This document shows, piece after piece, positions 11,901 to 27,054 of a DNA stretch of 64,000 nt. The notes under the pieces were generated by a model. That model made no database searches. It was not told the origin of the DNA and saw only the letters and a list, made by a program, of their open reading frames with translations. Position 1 is the first letter of the stretch; the number at the start of each line of letters is the position of its first letter. The stretch is from Raja brachyura (lineage: Eukaryota). The stretch covers positions 44,082,001 through 44,146,000 of the forward strand of contig OY740803.1 in assembly GCA_963514005.1 (NCBI GenBank), in the 5' to 3' direction. The translations under genes and the position numbers were made by a program.

Positions 11901-13977
11901 TCAGCAAAATTTGAAATGTTAGCAAACTTAACATTGGCTGAGGAAGAACATTTAAACGTAAAAGCTTTGCAGATGACAATGTACTTTAGTGAGATAATAC
12001 CAAATTATATTTCATGTTGCTATGTTAAATATTTTTAAATGTAAGCAATGAATCCTCTAAGTTTGTTCAATTGGACCTGATATTAGTGATAATACACTTG
12101 CTGGTAAAAATTCCATAATGCCTGTCAAATCAAAATTTCCTCTAGCTTTATTGGAGGCTTCAAGATACTAATTCTCAGATCTTAATGTAGAACATCTATA
12201 ATCACAACATTTCGGGGCTCGAATCTAAATCTTTCTTACTCTGCTTTTGTATTTCCATTGCTTTAAATTGGATTTGTTGAGCGAGCTTCTGGCATTGATG
12301 TTTCCAAACCTTGCTCCTAATGGCAGACTCGTAGATTCAAATAATTTGAGAGTCATCAAGTCTGTCATCAGGTTAAGGGAGCCAAACTTAGCTGTGATGG
12401 CACCAGGAACTGATTTGTATATGCTGATCATCTGGGACCCAAGCCTAAAATGAATAATGGCTGGTCAATTTTTACTAGTGGTTGTAAATATCACTAGTTC
12501 TGCTGGGAACACCATCCTGAATTTTTGTCTTTTTTTCCACTGTTACTGTTTTTTCTCAAACTTTGTTGGATCATTACTTCAGGCCAGATGGGTGCAGAGA
12601 AAATCTGGATCAAGAAAGCTAGAACAGGTGAGAAATACCATACCGTATCAACAGTGAATCGGAGTATATTCGTGCATGTACGGAATATGCATTTTGTAAA
12701 TGCTCCACTGTTTCATTCCATTACTGAGCCTGGTCATTTTTTTTTAAAGACACCACAGTAATGAAGAGTGAATGCTGATGGCATGCTGAGCTGGGTTTTC
12801 TTTTTAAACCTTTTTTTTGCAAGTAAAGTTCTGGTGGTTACCAAAGTTGGGTTGACAACATGTAAGGTCTCACTTGGTTCGTCATCTAGCATTAAATTCG
12901 AGCCCTGAAGTTTCCTTCTTTTGACCCTCTTTTGTTGTAATGAATACTTTTGTTGCTTAATAGTTTATGGTCATTTGCTGCACCAGCACTCTGTGACTAG
13001 GTTAACAGGTGCAGTAGAACTACTTGTAAGTTTTTAAGATTCAAAGTAAAAGTAGTTTGTTGGCTGTATTAAGAACTAAATTCTGATTATGAAATCCTGA
13101 TAGGGCAGCAGTAAGGCTTGTTCATACTTGGTGGAAATTTGCCGTTTTGCCTTGTTTATAATGTACTTTTAGCAGGTTTTATTTGAGATACAACTTGCAC
13201 TATAGTTTTATTTTGTCGACGTTGAAAGTGGATGAAGAATTCTGTCTCTCCTCTCTAGAATGTTCTTTGTTATTCAGCAGAGTGAGGCCCATTGTTTGGC
13301 CCGAATATCTCTTTAAACTGAAGGAGAATATATGGAAATGAGCAATGGGAAGTCTACACAATGCAATTAATTAGTGTGGTCCTCTTTTCATGTTTGGTTT
13401 CAGTGTAATGCAATATGTATAAAGTGTTTAAGTATTACTTGCTTTGTGATCTGAGATAATTTAATCATGACTGTACCTGTTTCTGAATGTTCAATCATGA
13501 AACTGCTAATCTGTGAACTTTACAGAAAATTGAAGGGCTAAATATGTTAACTTGCCCTAGAAGTCTCTCCGAAAGCCAATTTAAAAGTTGTTCTGCCAAA
13601 ATTGTATACTGAGCTCGGTGATATTCAAAAGTAGATCTTTCTTCATTAATGACCCTGATTAAATGGAGTAAATTAAATCTCTCTGATGCAAGTGTTTGAA
13701 AATCTGTTTTAAATTGGACAATCCCCTTTTTAGTGGCCTTTTACTATAATTCATCGAAAAGATTTTCTTCAAATGAACTCTCTAAAAAGAAAAGTGTCAA
13801 CCTGCATCATTGCTAAGTGAAAAGGCTTCACATTGTGGAAGAGAAAATTGGCTTTGGTTTATTTTAAAGTAAAGCCCTTGAAGATCTGTTAAAATTATTC
13901 ATTTTTTTAGCATTGTTTTCTCTAATATTTGTGTACTAGTTGAAAACTTGCATGAGTATTCAACAGGTTGGTCACAG

Positions 13978-14280
13978 GCTGCTCGATGGCGCCACAGTAG
14001 AGTTGTTGCCTTACCCAGAGACCCAGGTTTGATCCTGACTATGGGTGCTGGTTGTATGGAGTTGGTACGTTCTCCCCGTGATCACGTGGGTTTTCTTTGG
14101 GTGCTCCGGTTTCCTCCCACACTCCAAGGACGTACAGATGTGTAGGTTAATTGGCCTCGGTAAAATTGTAAATTGTCCCCAATGTGTAGGATAGTGCTAG
14201 TGTATGCAGATTGCTGGTCAGCACAGACTTGGTGGGCTGAAGGGCCTGTGTCTGTGCTGTATCTCTAAAACAATAAAAAA
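13978..14280 (+). mobile_element. V-SINE (HE1-like), near full length
   Basis: ggtttgatcc B-box-like motif, gtgggttttctttgggtgctccggtttcctcccaca core, tgggctgaagggcctg tail, A-rich end. Confidence 0.85.
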
Positions 14281-15528
14281 CCTGGTCAAAAACCTTTTGG
14301 GTTTTTTCATTCATACAAAGCAGTTCAATTTATACAGATAAAGCACTTCAACATTATCAGAGTGATTGAGAACTAATGGCTGTATTTATGCTGTTGTGAT
14401 TTGAATTGATTCTTGATGATGCTTCAGAATCTAATGTAAGGTTTTTTTTCCTTTATTGAGATTGATTTTTTTTTTTCCTCCAATATTGTTTTGGGGAAAT
14501 TGCTATTTCCTAAAGAGGGCTGCTTTTTGTTTTATTGAGACAAATAGGAATATGAAATTGATTATGTTAAATGGTAAACTCTGTCTGGTTAGATGATTAC
14601 ACTCCTGTAATTCACTATTGCACTTTAATAAGTTAATATTAAAGTGGATTAATTTAGTAAAGAATCCAAATCAACTTCAAAAGCAAAAATGATTTGTTTA
14701 ATTTAATCCCTCCAGGTTCTCAGTGGTATATTTCCGTGGGCAATCTTCTCAAGTCATTTGTATGCTTGCACATAATACATTATGAAATCTGATTTAATCA
14801 ACCATTGCAACATTAAGTAAAACCAGCTTTTAATTTTGTTTACGTTTTATCTAATTGCAAGCAGCCTGATGTAAAACGTACCATGTTTCTGAGCTACTAG
14901 CCTCTGATCAATATATCATCCATAAATAATAAAACCTCCAGCAAAATTGTTTAGAAGTAAGGGTTAAAATACCTATTTAGTTTGCCCTCACTAAATCAGC
15001 AAAGTTCTCCAATTTTAGGTAATGAGCCTACAAATAACACTTCCACCCCCCTCTTTTCACTCACTTCCCTTGGTCAATTTTCCCTCCTCCCCATCCCCAT
15101 CGATCTATATTCCTTTTCATGGCTTGCCCCTCCACTCGCCTGTATCAATGGACAGAAACTCCAGCATCTGAGTATTTTTTTGTACACAATGACAAATTTC
15201 CATCTTCCAGTTTTTAATTCCGCTTTTCATTCATTCCTTCTATTTACCAGTTCAACAAAGCTTAAATGAAAATTCTCAATTGTAATGGTGCATAAACTTT
15301 CTCACACTTTTCATAATTGCAATGATTACACCTTCAAAAGCAATTCAATCTTGACATGCTGGTTTAAAAGATTCTAACGCCAATGTTTGAATTGAGATTA
15401 GCGTTGTTTAAAAGGGGGAAAATATATGTTAAATCAAAATGGTTTCTTGGTGTTAAGTCATTTAACGCTACGAATTTGAAGTTTCAGCATTATCTACAAA
15501 CATGTTTTCTGAAATCTCAATATTTCAG

Positions 15529-15615
15529 GTGTGTCCTTTGCAGCAAAAGGTTATTTTGAGACCCTCGTGAAAATGGGTGAACTAGCCAGTGATAGCCACG
15601 CTTCCAAGGAGATGG
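15529..15615 (+). CDS. BAIAP2: BAIAP2-family coding exon (equivalent to exon 3), 87 nt
   Basis: tatttcag|GT ... ATGG|gtgagt. Phase 1 start fits the previous exon. (S)VSFAAKGYFETLVKMGELASDSHASKEM(G) vs recalled IRSp53 GVTYAAKGYFDALVKMGELASESQGSKELG. Confidence 0.93.
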
Positions 15616-17057
15616 GTGAGTAAGAATAGTAATAAATCACCAGGTTTTGGTGATTGTGTAATTCAACAAAGACCAGATTCATCTGCAAATATTTTTGGTG
15701 TTTTTAAAATCTGTACTTCATTTAAAAGTGACAATCTGAGCATGCCTAATCCTGTTGTAAGTTTTAAGCAAAAATGGACCTCTTTAATTTTTCATTTCTT
15801 AATCACATCTTATAACCGGTGTGGGAATGTGAAATATAAAAAGAAAATGCTGGACATACTAAGGTAATAAGGGTAGAAATACTGTTTTGTTTGCCCTAAG
15901 CAAATCGGCAAAGTTCTTCAATCTATCCTTATCCTAACCTCTCCTATCCTCCAAACATATGTGGGGAAGATTTTTCCTCAGAGCGAGGAAGCATCAGAAA
16001 ACGGGTACATTTTATGTTTCCAAGAAAGAAAGGGTGGATAGAGCATGAGTCTTTTCTATGAGAACCTGGAGAAATGGTTGGCACAGATTGGTGTCCGAGA
16101 AAGAGTACTGAAAGCTTGCTAAACTGTCTCGAGGTGGTATAACTCGGGGAGAGAATGGAGAAAAGGAAAACGGAGAATTATGTAGGAACTGTATTATGGA
16201 GAGCGCAGCAGATTCCTGGAAATCTGGAATAAAAGGGAATGCTGGAAACCGCAGCAGGTCAAGTAACATCTGGAGAGGAGTTACGGAGTGGTTCAATATG
16301 TTGACCTGACTAACCTCGAGGTAACTGTTGTGGACTGAGCAAAGAGGTTCTGCAAAGAGTTCACCCAATTTTTAGTTCATCTGTAGTTCTTCCAATGTAG
16401 AGGAGACAATGTTGTGGGGAAATTGCTTTGTGAGTATTAAGTTGGATTTGCCAGTGACAATCCACAAAAGCGAAAAAGGAATGGCAATCCCGATTTGTGT
16501 TTGCATAGGCATGATTCTAGATGGTGCACCAAAGTACTATGGAATCAGTGGGCGCCATGATAATTTGCCCAACAGTAGTGGAGGAAAGTTCAATGATCTG
16601 CCTTTTCAGTTCTTTGTAATCCCTGTATGGGATGCTATTTTATTGATGCAGCCCTTGTGGTAATATATTTTTAACTTGTACCAAATGATTTCCATGTTGT
16701 AAATAATGAATTGCAGCACGCAGCAGTATTTCTTTGCAGGATTTTAAATCTGCCGCACTCGCACAAGCCCACAGGCAATTATTTTGTGTGTACGTGTTTA
16801 CAGTCGCATATTTCAAACTTCCTGTCCCCCTCCTTCCCATATTTAAGGTAATTGTAAGCTTTCGTGATTTAGAGACGGCTGTATGTTGATCCTGTTTTGG
16901 CTTTTGGGAGTTGCATAGAAGACATTGATACCAGCGAAATGCTTAAAATCAAATGGGGTCATTAGAGTTGCGCAGCAGCGAAACCGACCTTCAGCCGACT
17001 TTATCCATCCCAACCTGATACGGTCAGTATTAATGTTGTGAAGTATTGATTTTGATA

Positions 17058-17260
17058 AGAACCAAGTACTGGAATAACTCAGCAGGTTGGGCAGCATCTC
17101 TGGAGGACATAGATAGACATAATTTCAGGTCGGGAACCTTTTATAGACCTGAAATGTCACCTATCCATGTCCTCCAATGATGCTGCTTGACCAACTGAGT
17201 TATTTCAGCACTTTGTGTTCTACATAAGATTCCATCATCTATACTCCATTCTGTCTCCAA
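17058..17260. mobile_element. Palindromic Penelope pLTR-derived insertion, older copy
   Basis: ctggaataactcagcagg...gcagcatctctgga followed by its inverted counterpart gatgctgcttgacc...tgagttatttcagcac. Confidence 0.8.
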
Positions 17261-20200
17261 GATTTTGGGAAGGATGTGAAAGCCTTCAAGAGGATACAGA
17301 AATGGATTTTACTGGAAATGTTCAATATTAGGTCTTTCAGCTACATGGTTAGTCTAAAGAAGCTGAGATTGATCCCCATAGGGTGGAGATATGCAATTAG
17401 TGGAAATGTTCAAAATAATGAAGGGCTTGGACAAAGTAAATATTGGAAAACTGCTTTCATTGGAAGATTCATCAACCTGGGGATAGTGGTTAAAGGTGAT
17501 TGGTAAAAGTGATTTGAAGACAAACCTTGTTATACAGTGATTGGTTGTGATCTGGAGTATGCTGTCTGAAGGAGTGGTGGAAGTAGATTTGATTATGGCT
17601 TAGACAAAGAACTTGGCCAAGTACGCAAAGGGAAAATGTGCACGCAGATGGTGTGGCTCAAAGGGCCAAAGAACTGCTGCCAGAGCGGTGCAGTTCTGAG
17701 ATTCTTCAGGATTTGAGTACTAAAGTAAACAGTTTTGTGTTACTACCAAGGATCAGGAAGAAGTGTAAGGAAGGCATTCAATATCGACGCAAAAACCCCA
17801 ATAACAGGACGTTAACAAACATGTAAAACCTCAAGCTATTGGAAGTCTAAATCAATGGAAAGAGGCTGTAGGTTTCTGTAATTCTTTCATAGTTTAGTTG
17901 TTTTCAATTTTAAACCGGATGAGCTTTCTTTAAACAGTTTGACTGTGTGATTAAATAAATTACAGCTAAAATGTTCCCTCCCAATTTACATTAATCCTTA
18001 TTTATCAGCGTCATTAGTTTTGCTCTAAGCTGCATTGATATGATTTGTAATCAAGTTAACCTGAACTGAGCAGGTGTTCATTATTCAGCTCTTATGTTCA
18101 CATTGACAGCAGGTACTCAGTGTTTCACTTAAACACAAAATATCCCCTGAAGTCACAATAGCTCTGTAGCCAAATTACTTATTCTTCAAACACTTGAACT
18201 GTTGTGACTTGCAGAGTAGTTTACATCCAACAAAGCAACTGTGGTATGATGTGTTCTTTCAGAAGTGAATATCTGAAAGGTTTGAGTTTACTTTATTGTC
18301 AGCTGTACTGAGGTACAGTGAAAAGCCTTTGTTGCATGCTAACCTTTCAGCAGAAATACAGTTCATGATTACAATCGAACCATCCACAGTGTACACATAT
18401 ATGACCAAGGGAATAACTTAAATAACGGGAGCATAGGTTTGAAGTGCGCATTTGAGCTGATCATTTGTGTGCCTCTTTATAATCATATCTTCACAATTTG
18501 GCGTTTATAGGAAACAATAGCTTATCATCTATTTTCCTGTTCAGCATGTTGCCCATGCCGACCAACATGGCCCATCTACACTAGTCCCATCTCCCTGTGT
18601 TGGGCCCATGTTCCTCTAAAACATGCACATGTCTAAATGTATCTTCAACATTGTGATAGTTCCACCATAGTGAAAGTGCTTTCAGTTAGTGATTGAGTCA
18701 TCGCGTCATACAGCATGGAAACAGGCCCTTGGGCCACTTGAACAGTCCGACCAAGATGACCCATTTAACCTAATAAATTTCCCACGTTTGGCTCGCATGC
18801 ATCTAAACCTTTCCTACCCTGTCCGAGTTGTAATCTATAGAACTCTTCCTCCAATGTTCTCTTCATTGCCACCTGTCTTCTGTCTTTAACATGATTTCTC
18901 ACTGCTCCCCTGGGAGAACATTTGAGATGCTTTGCCAACCTGTTGGGGAACCTCGTAGCATTATTCGTAGATTTTTGCAAGCTGTCGAATCATAGCTCGT
19001 TGGATGTGGATGCTTTTTCTGGGTGTGTATGGTTTCCTGCCAAGTGTTTGAACTTTGATTTAATATTTATGTTTACAATTGATGATCAATCCATTTTTAG
19101 TGGTAAATCATTTTTTCCCTTCACTTTGAAATGTATAGGTACATTTTTGGATCAGACTAGAAACATATGTTTGTGCCCTTTTTGCTCGTAAATTGGATGT
19201 TTTGATGTTTATGTTGAGTCCATCAGGGGATTGGGCTGTACCTATCCGATGATGGTTTATCCCAGCTGGAGTGTTCTTTCGCTGCCAAATTTTGCCCATG
19301 TACTGTCATCAAAGCACATCTATCCGACAAGCTTGAAAAGTCTGTTCCATGCTGTATAATTTTGACTGTGTGGATCTAAAGGTTTACTTGCAATCATCAC
19401 TGTGCAGTCATGGTAAAACTGGGAGGGTTTTATGAAGGAAATCAGCTACTATCTGTGAATTAAAGCATTTCTGGCTGAGGCATTGGTTTTATCCCTGACT
19501 AACCCCAACGTTGATTTGCGAGTTATCCTATTTTGCAGATGGATAGCACTGATAAAGCCTACATCCTGCCTGCATCAGAGATCCTGCAAGCATTTGCCTC
19601 TATGATATGTGGCTATGGCCTGATTGTAGCAAGGTGCTAAATTCTGTTTCTCTTTGGCATATTGGGATCTTATTATCCTGCGCGATGCCATTAATCCTCT
19701 TTGCCTCTCCCATTCAAACCCGATTTTATTTTTTGTCTCTTGTACCCATCCATGACAGTCTATGGCTGGCAATGGAGAATGCTTCAACAATGCTAACCTG
19801 CTTCCCTTTTGGGCCATTTGTGAATAAGTGCCAGCTATGGATTCTGGCAATAGCTGCTGCTGTTGAATGCACAAGTTGGCTTTTAACGATTATAAATGGG
19901 AGAAAACAATAAAAGAGGATTCTTAAAGCAAGGACGTTCCAGCTTGGCTCTCTTTACAACAGATTTAGCTTTGGGTGTGAAAAGTATCATATCCACTTAA
20001 AACAATGCCATTTTCAAGCTATTAAATCCAAACAGGATTTTAAAGTAAGCTTGTTTTGTGATGTAATTACATTTCAAATCAGTTTAAAATAACCAATATG
20101 CTTTAGCAATTGGGTTTAAATTTATTGTCATGTATACAGTGAAAAGCTTTTTTTTGCATTCTATCCAATCATATAATACTTTTATACATCGATATAATCA

Positions 20201-23200
20201 AGCCAACCTTGAGTACAATAGGTAGTGCTAGGGGAAAGGTACAGAGTGCAGAATATTGATAAATATTTTTGGTAAATATTAATGATTAGGCAGAAATGCC
20301 TTCAGAAATGAGCTGTTTTGAAATGCCAGACTTCAATTGATGTCTTGATCATAATGTATTGTCGATGTTGTGCTATGCAAAGAAAGATTTTCATTGTCCT
20401 GTCAGGGACACATGACAATAAACTCTTTTGACTTGACTTTGTCATAGTTCAGAAGTCTGAAACTGGATTCTCACACACTCTTTCCCTCTCCCACCCTCCA
20501 CCAACCCATTTTGGTTGGATACCAATAATATCCAGTACTTAATTCCAGTCAAGCACTGCTCCTGGTTTTACTTTTGCTAATTTGGGAGCAATTACAGCCG
20601 CCTTTTCTATGCCTTGGCAGAGGTCTGCTAATATAACTTTGGCAAAAGATTCACAATTTTTTGTGTATGGCGTCATCTTATTCTGCTTGAAACAAAGAGC
20701 CTAAAACTTAAGTGGAACCGAAGTCTTACTCTTTCCAAATACTTTAGAACACAGTTACTCTTAGCTTCTGATGCGATTTTATTTACAGCAAATTTTGGTT
20801 AACGCCCTCCCACAGGAATTAGCTCCAACATTCTTCTGTACACAAATGTGGCCTGATCTTCCCTTGGGTGCATGGCAGCATTGGTGTATGTACAGCCCAT
20901 ATGCATGTGGCCCGATTTCTGGTGCTGTTGATGGTGAGGATGAATGCGCGTATTTTTGATCCCAGTGTTCACGGTGAACCCAATTTAGAACGGGTGCAAG
21001 AGCTGATGCCATGGGAACATGCTTTCTGACAGCTTCATGGAAACTCAGGGTAGCCCTGTTTGAATTGAATGTCTGCAGCACCACTCCACCGAATACTGAA
21101 GAAATGTAAATCATTTACTCTAGGCTGCATTATTACATTTTCAGATTGGACTGATAGAAAACTAAAGTCCCATGTGTTTTTTATAAACAATAGCTCTTCA
21201 TAGATGCTCAATAAATCAGTGAATTTTAATGCCACTGGAGCATGTTGCAAAGACTGAGACTGATCAAAGAGCCTACAATATCAGAACCTTGGGGGTTGGG
21301 CTGAATGTAATGGCATTTATTTTTCTGCTCAGCAGATAGCTGAGTCGGTAGCCAGAATGACAGCGGGGTGCTCTGAACACTTGGCAGGGTAATCTGAAAT
21401 AGGAAAAAAGTTAGTGTTTAGGACTTGTGCTCTAGTTAAGAAATGCTGGAAAAGGCACTTAAATTTTAGATTTGTGCATGTACCTTCCACAGTCTGATCC
21501 CGCCCAGTAAAACACACGGAAGCCTGAATTTAAGCAGTTTGTCACTTGGCTCAATCACAAAGACACCTCGACCTGTTGCTGTGGCATCAGTTATGTGATC
21601 AGCTAGGATAATATTTACAATAAACTTCACTTTCTTTTTTGCCTTGGCCATTTTGAACCTCTGTGGAGTAACAGGGTATTAATATCAATGGCAGTGTTTC
21701 TCTTTTCCCCACTCTGCCGCACATGTCAGAGCAGGAATATTTTGGACACTTTCTTTACTAAAATATATTAAATTTTCGTGTCACATGCAGTTATCAAAAA
21801 TAAAGTTCTGAGTAAATGCATCATAAAATAAATACAGGGTATGCATGTTACCAGCAAAGCTGCCGTTGATTGATTAGCTATCCCTAATCGGTTTAGGTTT
21901 ATTATTATTGCTTGTATCGAGGTACAGTGAAAAGCTTTGTTTTGTATGCTGTCCAAACAGATCAGATATACCATTCGTAAATAGGCAACCCCAATTCAAG
22001 TACAATAGATAAAGTAAACATGAACATAGAGTGCAGAATAGTTCTCAGCATTGATGCACATTAGTTCCATAGACAAAGTCCAATGCCCTCAATAGGGTAG
22101 AGGTGATTCAGACAATACCCCAATGGAGCGACTGTTCAGAAGCCCGAGAACCGAGCGATTCTTGAGAAGGCAACGGGTTATTGCTTCTGAAATGTTGAAG
22201 CTAAAATGCGGGTACTTGGTGTCGGGTAGGAAGCCTCTAGTTGGACTAGTGAGAGTAGAGTACTGGCAAAACATTTCCAAGTGATAATATTGTGTGACTT
22301 GAATGAGGGCTTGTAAATGGCAGAGTTTCATGCATCTGCTGCCCTTGACCTTCTCGGTAGCTGACACTGTGGGTTTGGGTGGTGCTAAAGCAGATCTTGG
22401 CAAGATTTTGCATACATGTCTTTTGTTTAATTGTCTTTATTAATATATTTGGGGGAAAATAAAGTTTTTTGGCTGCTAGAGTTCAAATTGTTTGAAATAT
22501 TAATTTGGTTGTTATTTAATTCCACAAACATTTCCATGCTTTGAATGAAAGGTCACTTGTCCAGCAGAGAATAACTAGTGCAGATTACATTTCAGTAAGT
22601 AGTAACTCAGTATTGAATCTTTTCAAAAATCTTGTTTCAAATTGTTTACACTATCCTCTTGAAACCTCTGTGGATGAAACATGAAGTATTTAGCAATAAG
22701 TGTCCCAGCAGTCCAAGTTAATGTATCGTTTTCTTTTCTGCATTCTGGGTGATTAAAATAAATCAATTTAAACTGCTTCCTTCCTCGAGGGACAATTCTC
22801 TTTATTACATTTTTGTTATATTCTATTACCTATTTTTATTTGGTTTGCCATTATGTTTCAAAGCACTGCTTGAGTAATATTACAGTGCAACCCGTTCCAT
22901 GATAATCTTACACAAGAGATCACTTCATTTTGAAAGTAATTTTGCTATTGTATGTTGCCGCCACTCCTTGGTGATGGTGTTAAATTTGTATGTTTATTTT
23001 CATCACCATTCCCATGGTATTGCATCATAACTGAAGATTGCAAGTCTAAGTTTGTACATTGTCCCCCAGTTTCCTTTATTGAGGGCATCACTTGTATGAT
23101 GGATAAGGGGATATAGTGCATTGATTAAATAAAGGATTGTTATTGACCAACAGGCAACTGGGATATTGAATGCTGTCCTGCCCATACTTTAGCAGGGATT

Positions 23201-23403
23201 CATCAGTGTGATTTGAAGGTTAAGAGCAACACAGCCAGTGCTTTGTAGTCATTGGTTTTCCGCTATATAATGGCTGATAGAATTATTGCCCTGAAGGACA
23301 TTTGAAGACCAGCTTTTATATCCATATCTGTTGGTGAATTGTAATTGCTTGTGTCAACATGAAAGTTGTTAAGGTATTACCTCTGGGAAATTAGTATTAA
23401 TCG

Positions 23404-23727
23404 AGTCATAGAGTGATACAGCGTGGAAACAGGCCCTTCGGCCCAACTTGCCCACACCAGCCAACATGTCTGACCTGCCTGCGTTTGGTCCATAACCCTC
23501 CAAACCTGCCCTAATCTTGTTCCTGTCCAACTGTTTCTTAAAGGTTGGGATAGTCCCAGCCTCAACTACCTCCTCTGGCAGCTTGTTCCATACACCCACC
23601 ATCCTTTATGTGAAAAACCTACTCCTCAGATTCCCATTAAATCTTTCCCCCTTCACCTTAAACCTATGTCCCCTCGATTCAACTACTCTGGGCAAGAGAC
23701 TGTGCATCTACCTGATCCATTCCTCTC
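23404..23727 (-). mobile_element. CR1 LINE 3' end
   Basis: ORF 23369..23602 MVGVWNKLPEEVVEAGTIPTFKKQLDR. Same subfamily as 6147-6562. Confidence 0.9.
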
Positions 23728-23834
23728 GTGCAGTAAACTTCATTTTGCTTTTGTGCATGGTAGATATTAGCTAATGTATCCTAGTTTAGTAAAAGTTAGC
23801 AGAGATAATTAAGATATGACTTTTTATACAGTCT

Positions 23835-23960
23835 GGTAAACAAGCTGTCCCACTTCTGCTATTACAACAGTAACTACTCTCAAGGAAATTTAACTTGCTT
23901 TAAAGTACCTTGGGATGGGCTCTGATTGTGAAAGGAACCATGTAAATGTATTTGTCTTTA
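23835..23960 (+). mobile_element. DeuSINE/L2-type 3' tail, ancient
   Basis: attacaacagtaactactctcaa...ttggga...gtgaaagg..ccatgtaaatg resembles the recalled SacSINE1/AmnSINE1-type tail. Confidence 0.5.
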
Positions 23961-26777
23961 ATTTGCCTTCAACTAATCTTTCACTCTGATGCTTTTGGCC
24001 ATCTGATGACGTAGCCAAGATTGAGGAAGAATCTTCGTAATGATGGGTTTCCTTGAATGATGGAGTTGAAGGCTTTCCTGGGGTTAAAAAGTCATGGACT
24101 GTGATTGATTTTGTTCCCTATATAATCCTCAGGCTTGGCTGTGGTCACAAATTTGTTTATTGCATGATAGTGCAAGCCATGATTCTAACCAGAGAACCAA
24201 CTCTATTATGTATTGAGGTCAAGCAATGTTGTCTCATCATTCAATCTTCCTTGAAGAATTATTGCATCCTATCTTCACATTATCTTGCTGGAGTGCAGTC
24301 CATGTGGAGACGTGGTTCCCAAGATTATGCGTAATTGATTTACGCATTTGAGGAGTTACACCAACAATTCTTGAGGTTACTAATTTTTAAATATCACAGT
24401 AGGCAAAAGGGAGAGGCTTCCACCTTTTTTAAAAAAACTTCTCTGCTTCTTACCTCTCTCCCGTTAAAATGTTTCATCAATCCTATCTGATGGCCATTTG
24501 CTTTTCCTGATTTTCACTTCTGTGAAACAAGCTATTTTTCTACTCTGAACACACTGTGAATATAAAGTGTGTCATTTTTATTCAGTTGGTTACATTTCAA
24601 CAGGATAATTTCACTCCTTGCTGAAACAATTCACCATTCATGGACTCTATTTCCTGGAACGATGTTGCAAGACCACAGCACAAACATTTTAAGTTTCTTG
24701 AGATCATGCTCACTTTTAAAATACCTAGAGTCATACCTGTCCAAATGTCTTTTAACTGGTGTAATAGTACCTGCCTCAACTACCACCTCCGTCAGCTCGT
24801 TCCATATACCCGCCATCCTTTGTGTGGAAAAAGTTGACCCTCAGGTTCCTATTAAATCTTTCCCCTCTCACCTCAAACCTTAATATTCCATTTTTAATTT
24901 TAAAGGAAATCTATTAAATGTCCTTAAATCTCAGTTTGGAAAAAACACCTTTTACTTGATGTTTAAATGTATTAGTGGTCGTGTCCCCCCCCCCCCCCCC
25001 CCCAAATCTGCTTTTGACTGGGAGTAGTGGTGTTGGAAATAATACTAGTGATTGTTTTAATACCCAGATCCTTGGAAAAAGAAGTACTGTTTTAGGGGGG
25101 CATATGATGAAATAAAAGTGCAATATGCTAGAAATACGCAGACCAGATAGTATGCATGGAAAGCAAAACTAAATTGGCATTACAAGTTAATGAAAATTCA
25201 ATTATGTGAAACATTAATTCTCTCTCCACAGGTACTGCCTGACCTGCTGAGTATTTCCAGCAGTTTTGGTTTAATTTGGATTTCTTGCCATTTGATTTAA
25301 TACAAAAATATTTATGTTTAAAATAGTCAAGGTTTTTCTATGCTGCCTTGAACAATCAGTTTTAATTTTCAACTTTTGAAAAATGTTTACATTTTATTGT
25401 ACCTTTCTCAGAGCTGATTGAGCAAGACATGTTTTATAGTGAGTTATAGCTGCTGCCAACAGTTTTTTGCATTCTGTATTTGGATAGGGCCTGGTAAAAT
25501 AAATACATTGATTAGACCAATGGTTAGAAAAAGAATGCTCTTCATTTTGTTTGATGAATACATATTTGTCCAAGGTGGCTGCTTCCTGATAGGAAACCTT
25601 GCAGTAAACTTGAAGCACAATGGAAGAAGCTGATTTTTGTAAGGAATTTGTATGACAAGTTATCCTCGGCAGGAATAAATGACTCTTGTTTAATTTTGCT
25701 ACTGCATAGGAAGTTTAAATAAGACTAGGACTGACCTAATTTTTGACCTTCCCAGACAGAGTGTCTTGCCTTATTTACTTTCAACCATATATCAAAATAT
25801 TTAGTAATCATTACTTTAAATGTATTTAACTTCCAACTAAAACTTGGTAGTAGGGTTTGTATGCTTTCATAATGCCAGGTCAAGCATTGTTACCTGATAC
25901 TTGGCATATGCAAGAAACATTTTCTACATAAAGCTGTCCTGCGATGGTTAGGCAGATAGTGACATGAAATAGGCCATTTATTTGTGCTGTGAAATGTTAT
26001 CAAAATAATTAATAATGACTTTGCTAACTGGCTAAATCAAAATTTCCAATTCTGTTTATTATTCATGTGCTTCTTCCCACCTCTACAGTCCCAATGCGTT
26101 GGCGTTTGGATAACAGACCAATGTTTAATATTATTTCTAAATTAATAATCATATTTAAGATTGTCAAAATGATTGGTAGACTTTGCAGGTGTTATTGGAT
26201 ATTTAATGGATGTCGAGATGAAATATTGCTAAATAGATTAATGATTCAATAATCTGGTTTTAAGATGGTGAGCCTTTTTACCAAGAGTGAAAAATATCAA
26301 ACTTCATCCTCTTTCTTTTTAACCACCCCCACTCCCCCTTCCTGTAACTCCAAATGTATGCACTTCAGTTTGAGAGGCTAAATAGGAACAAGCCCTTTTG
26401 TACTTCAGACACATATCTGCCCCCAGCTATCGCATAATATGTTTTTTAAAATCTTTTATAAATCAACTTTTCTTGAGCTTCCACTAAGTTCTCCAACTTA
26501 TTTTGTACTCTGCCCCAATCTTCCTGCCAGGTTTCACAGCAAGTACAAGCTATGTATTTGTTCTCCAAAACAATATTGAAGCGGACAATCTATTTTAAAA
26601 AAAGTAAAGCCTTGTTAGTGTGCCGCATATGCAATCAGTGCCAGGAAGTAGAACATTCCACGGGGATCTCCTTCAGCTGATATCATTGGAGCACATCTGT
26701 TTTTCTTGTCACACAGTTCACGGTGTGTCAGCAGAGCTCCTTTATATGGAAGCACTTCAAATGCCTTTTTAAGTCAT

Positions 26778-27054
26778 TAGTTTAGTTGAGTTACAGCGCA
26801 GAAACTGGCACGCAGTGTCAGCGCCGACCAACGATCACTGCGCTAACACTACCCGACCCACACTAGGGACAATTTTACATTTATACCAAGCCAATTAACC
26901 TTTGGAGTGTGGGAGGAAACCAGAGATCTCTGAGAAAACCAACGCAGTCAAGGGGAGAACGCATAAACTCCGTACAAACATCCGTAGTCAGGATCGAATC
27001 CGGTTCTCTGGCGCTGTAAGGCAGTAGCTCTACCACTGCATCACTGTGCCGCCC
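26778..27054 (-). mobile_element. V-SINE (HE1-like)
   Basis: Same head, core and tail as the other copies, on the minus strand. Confidence 0.82.
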
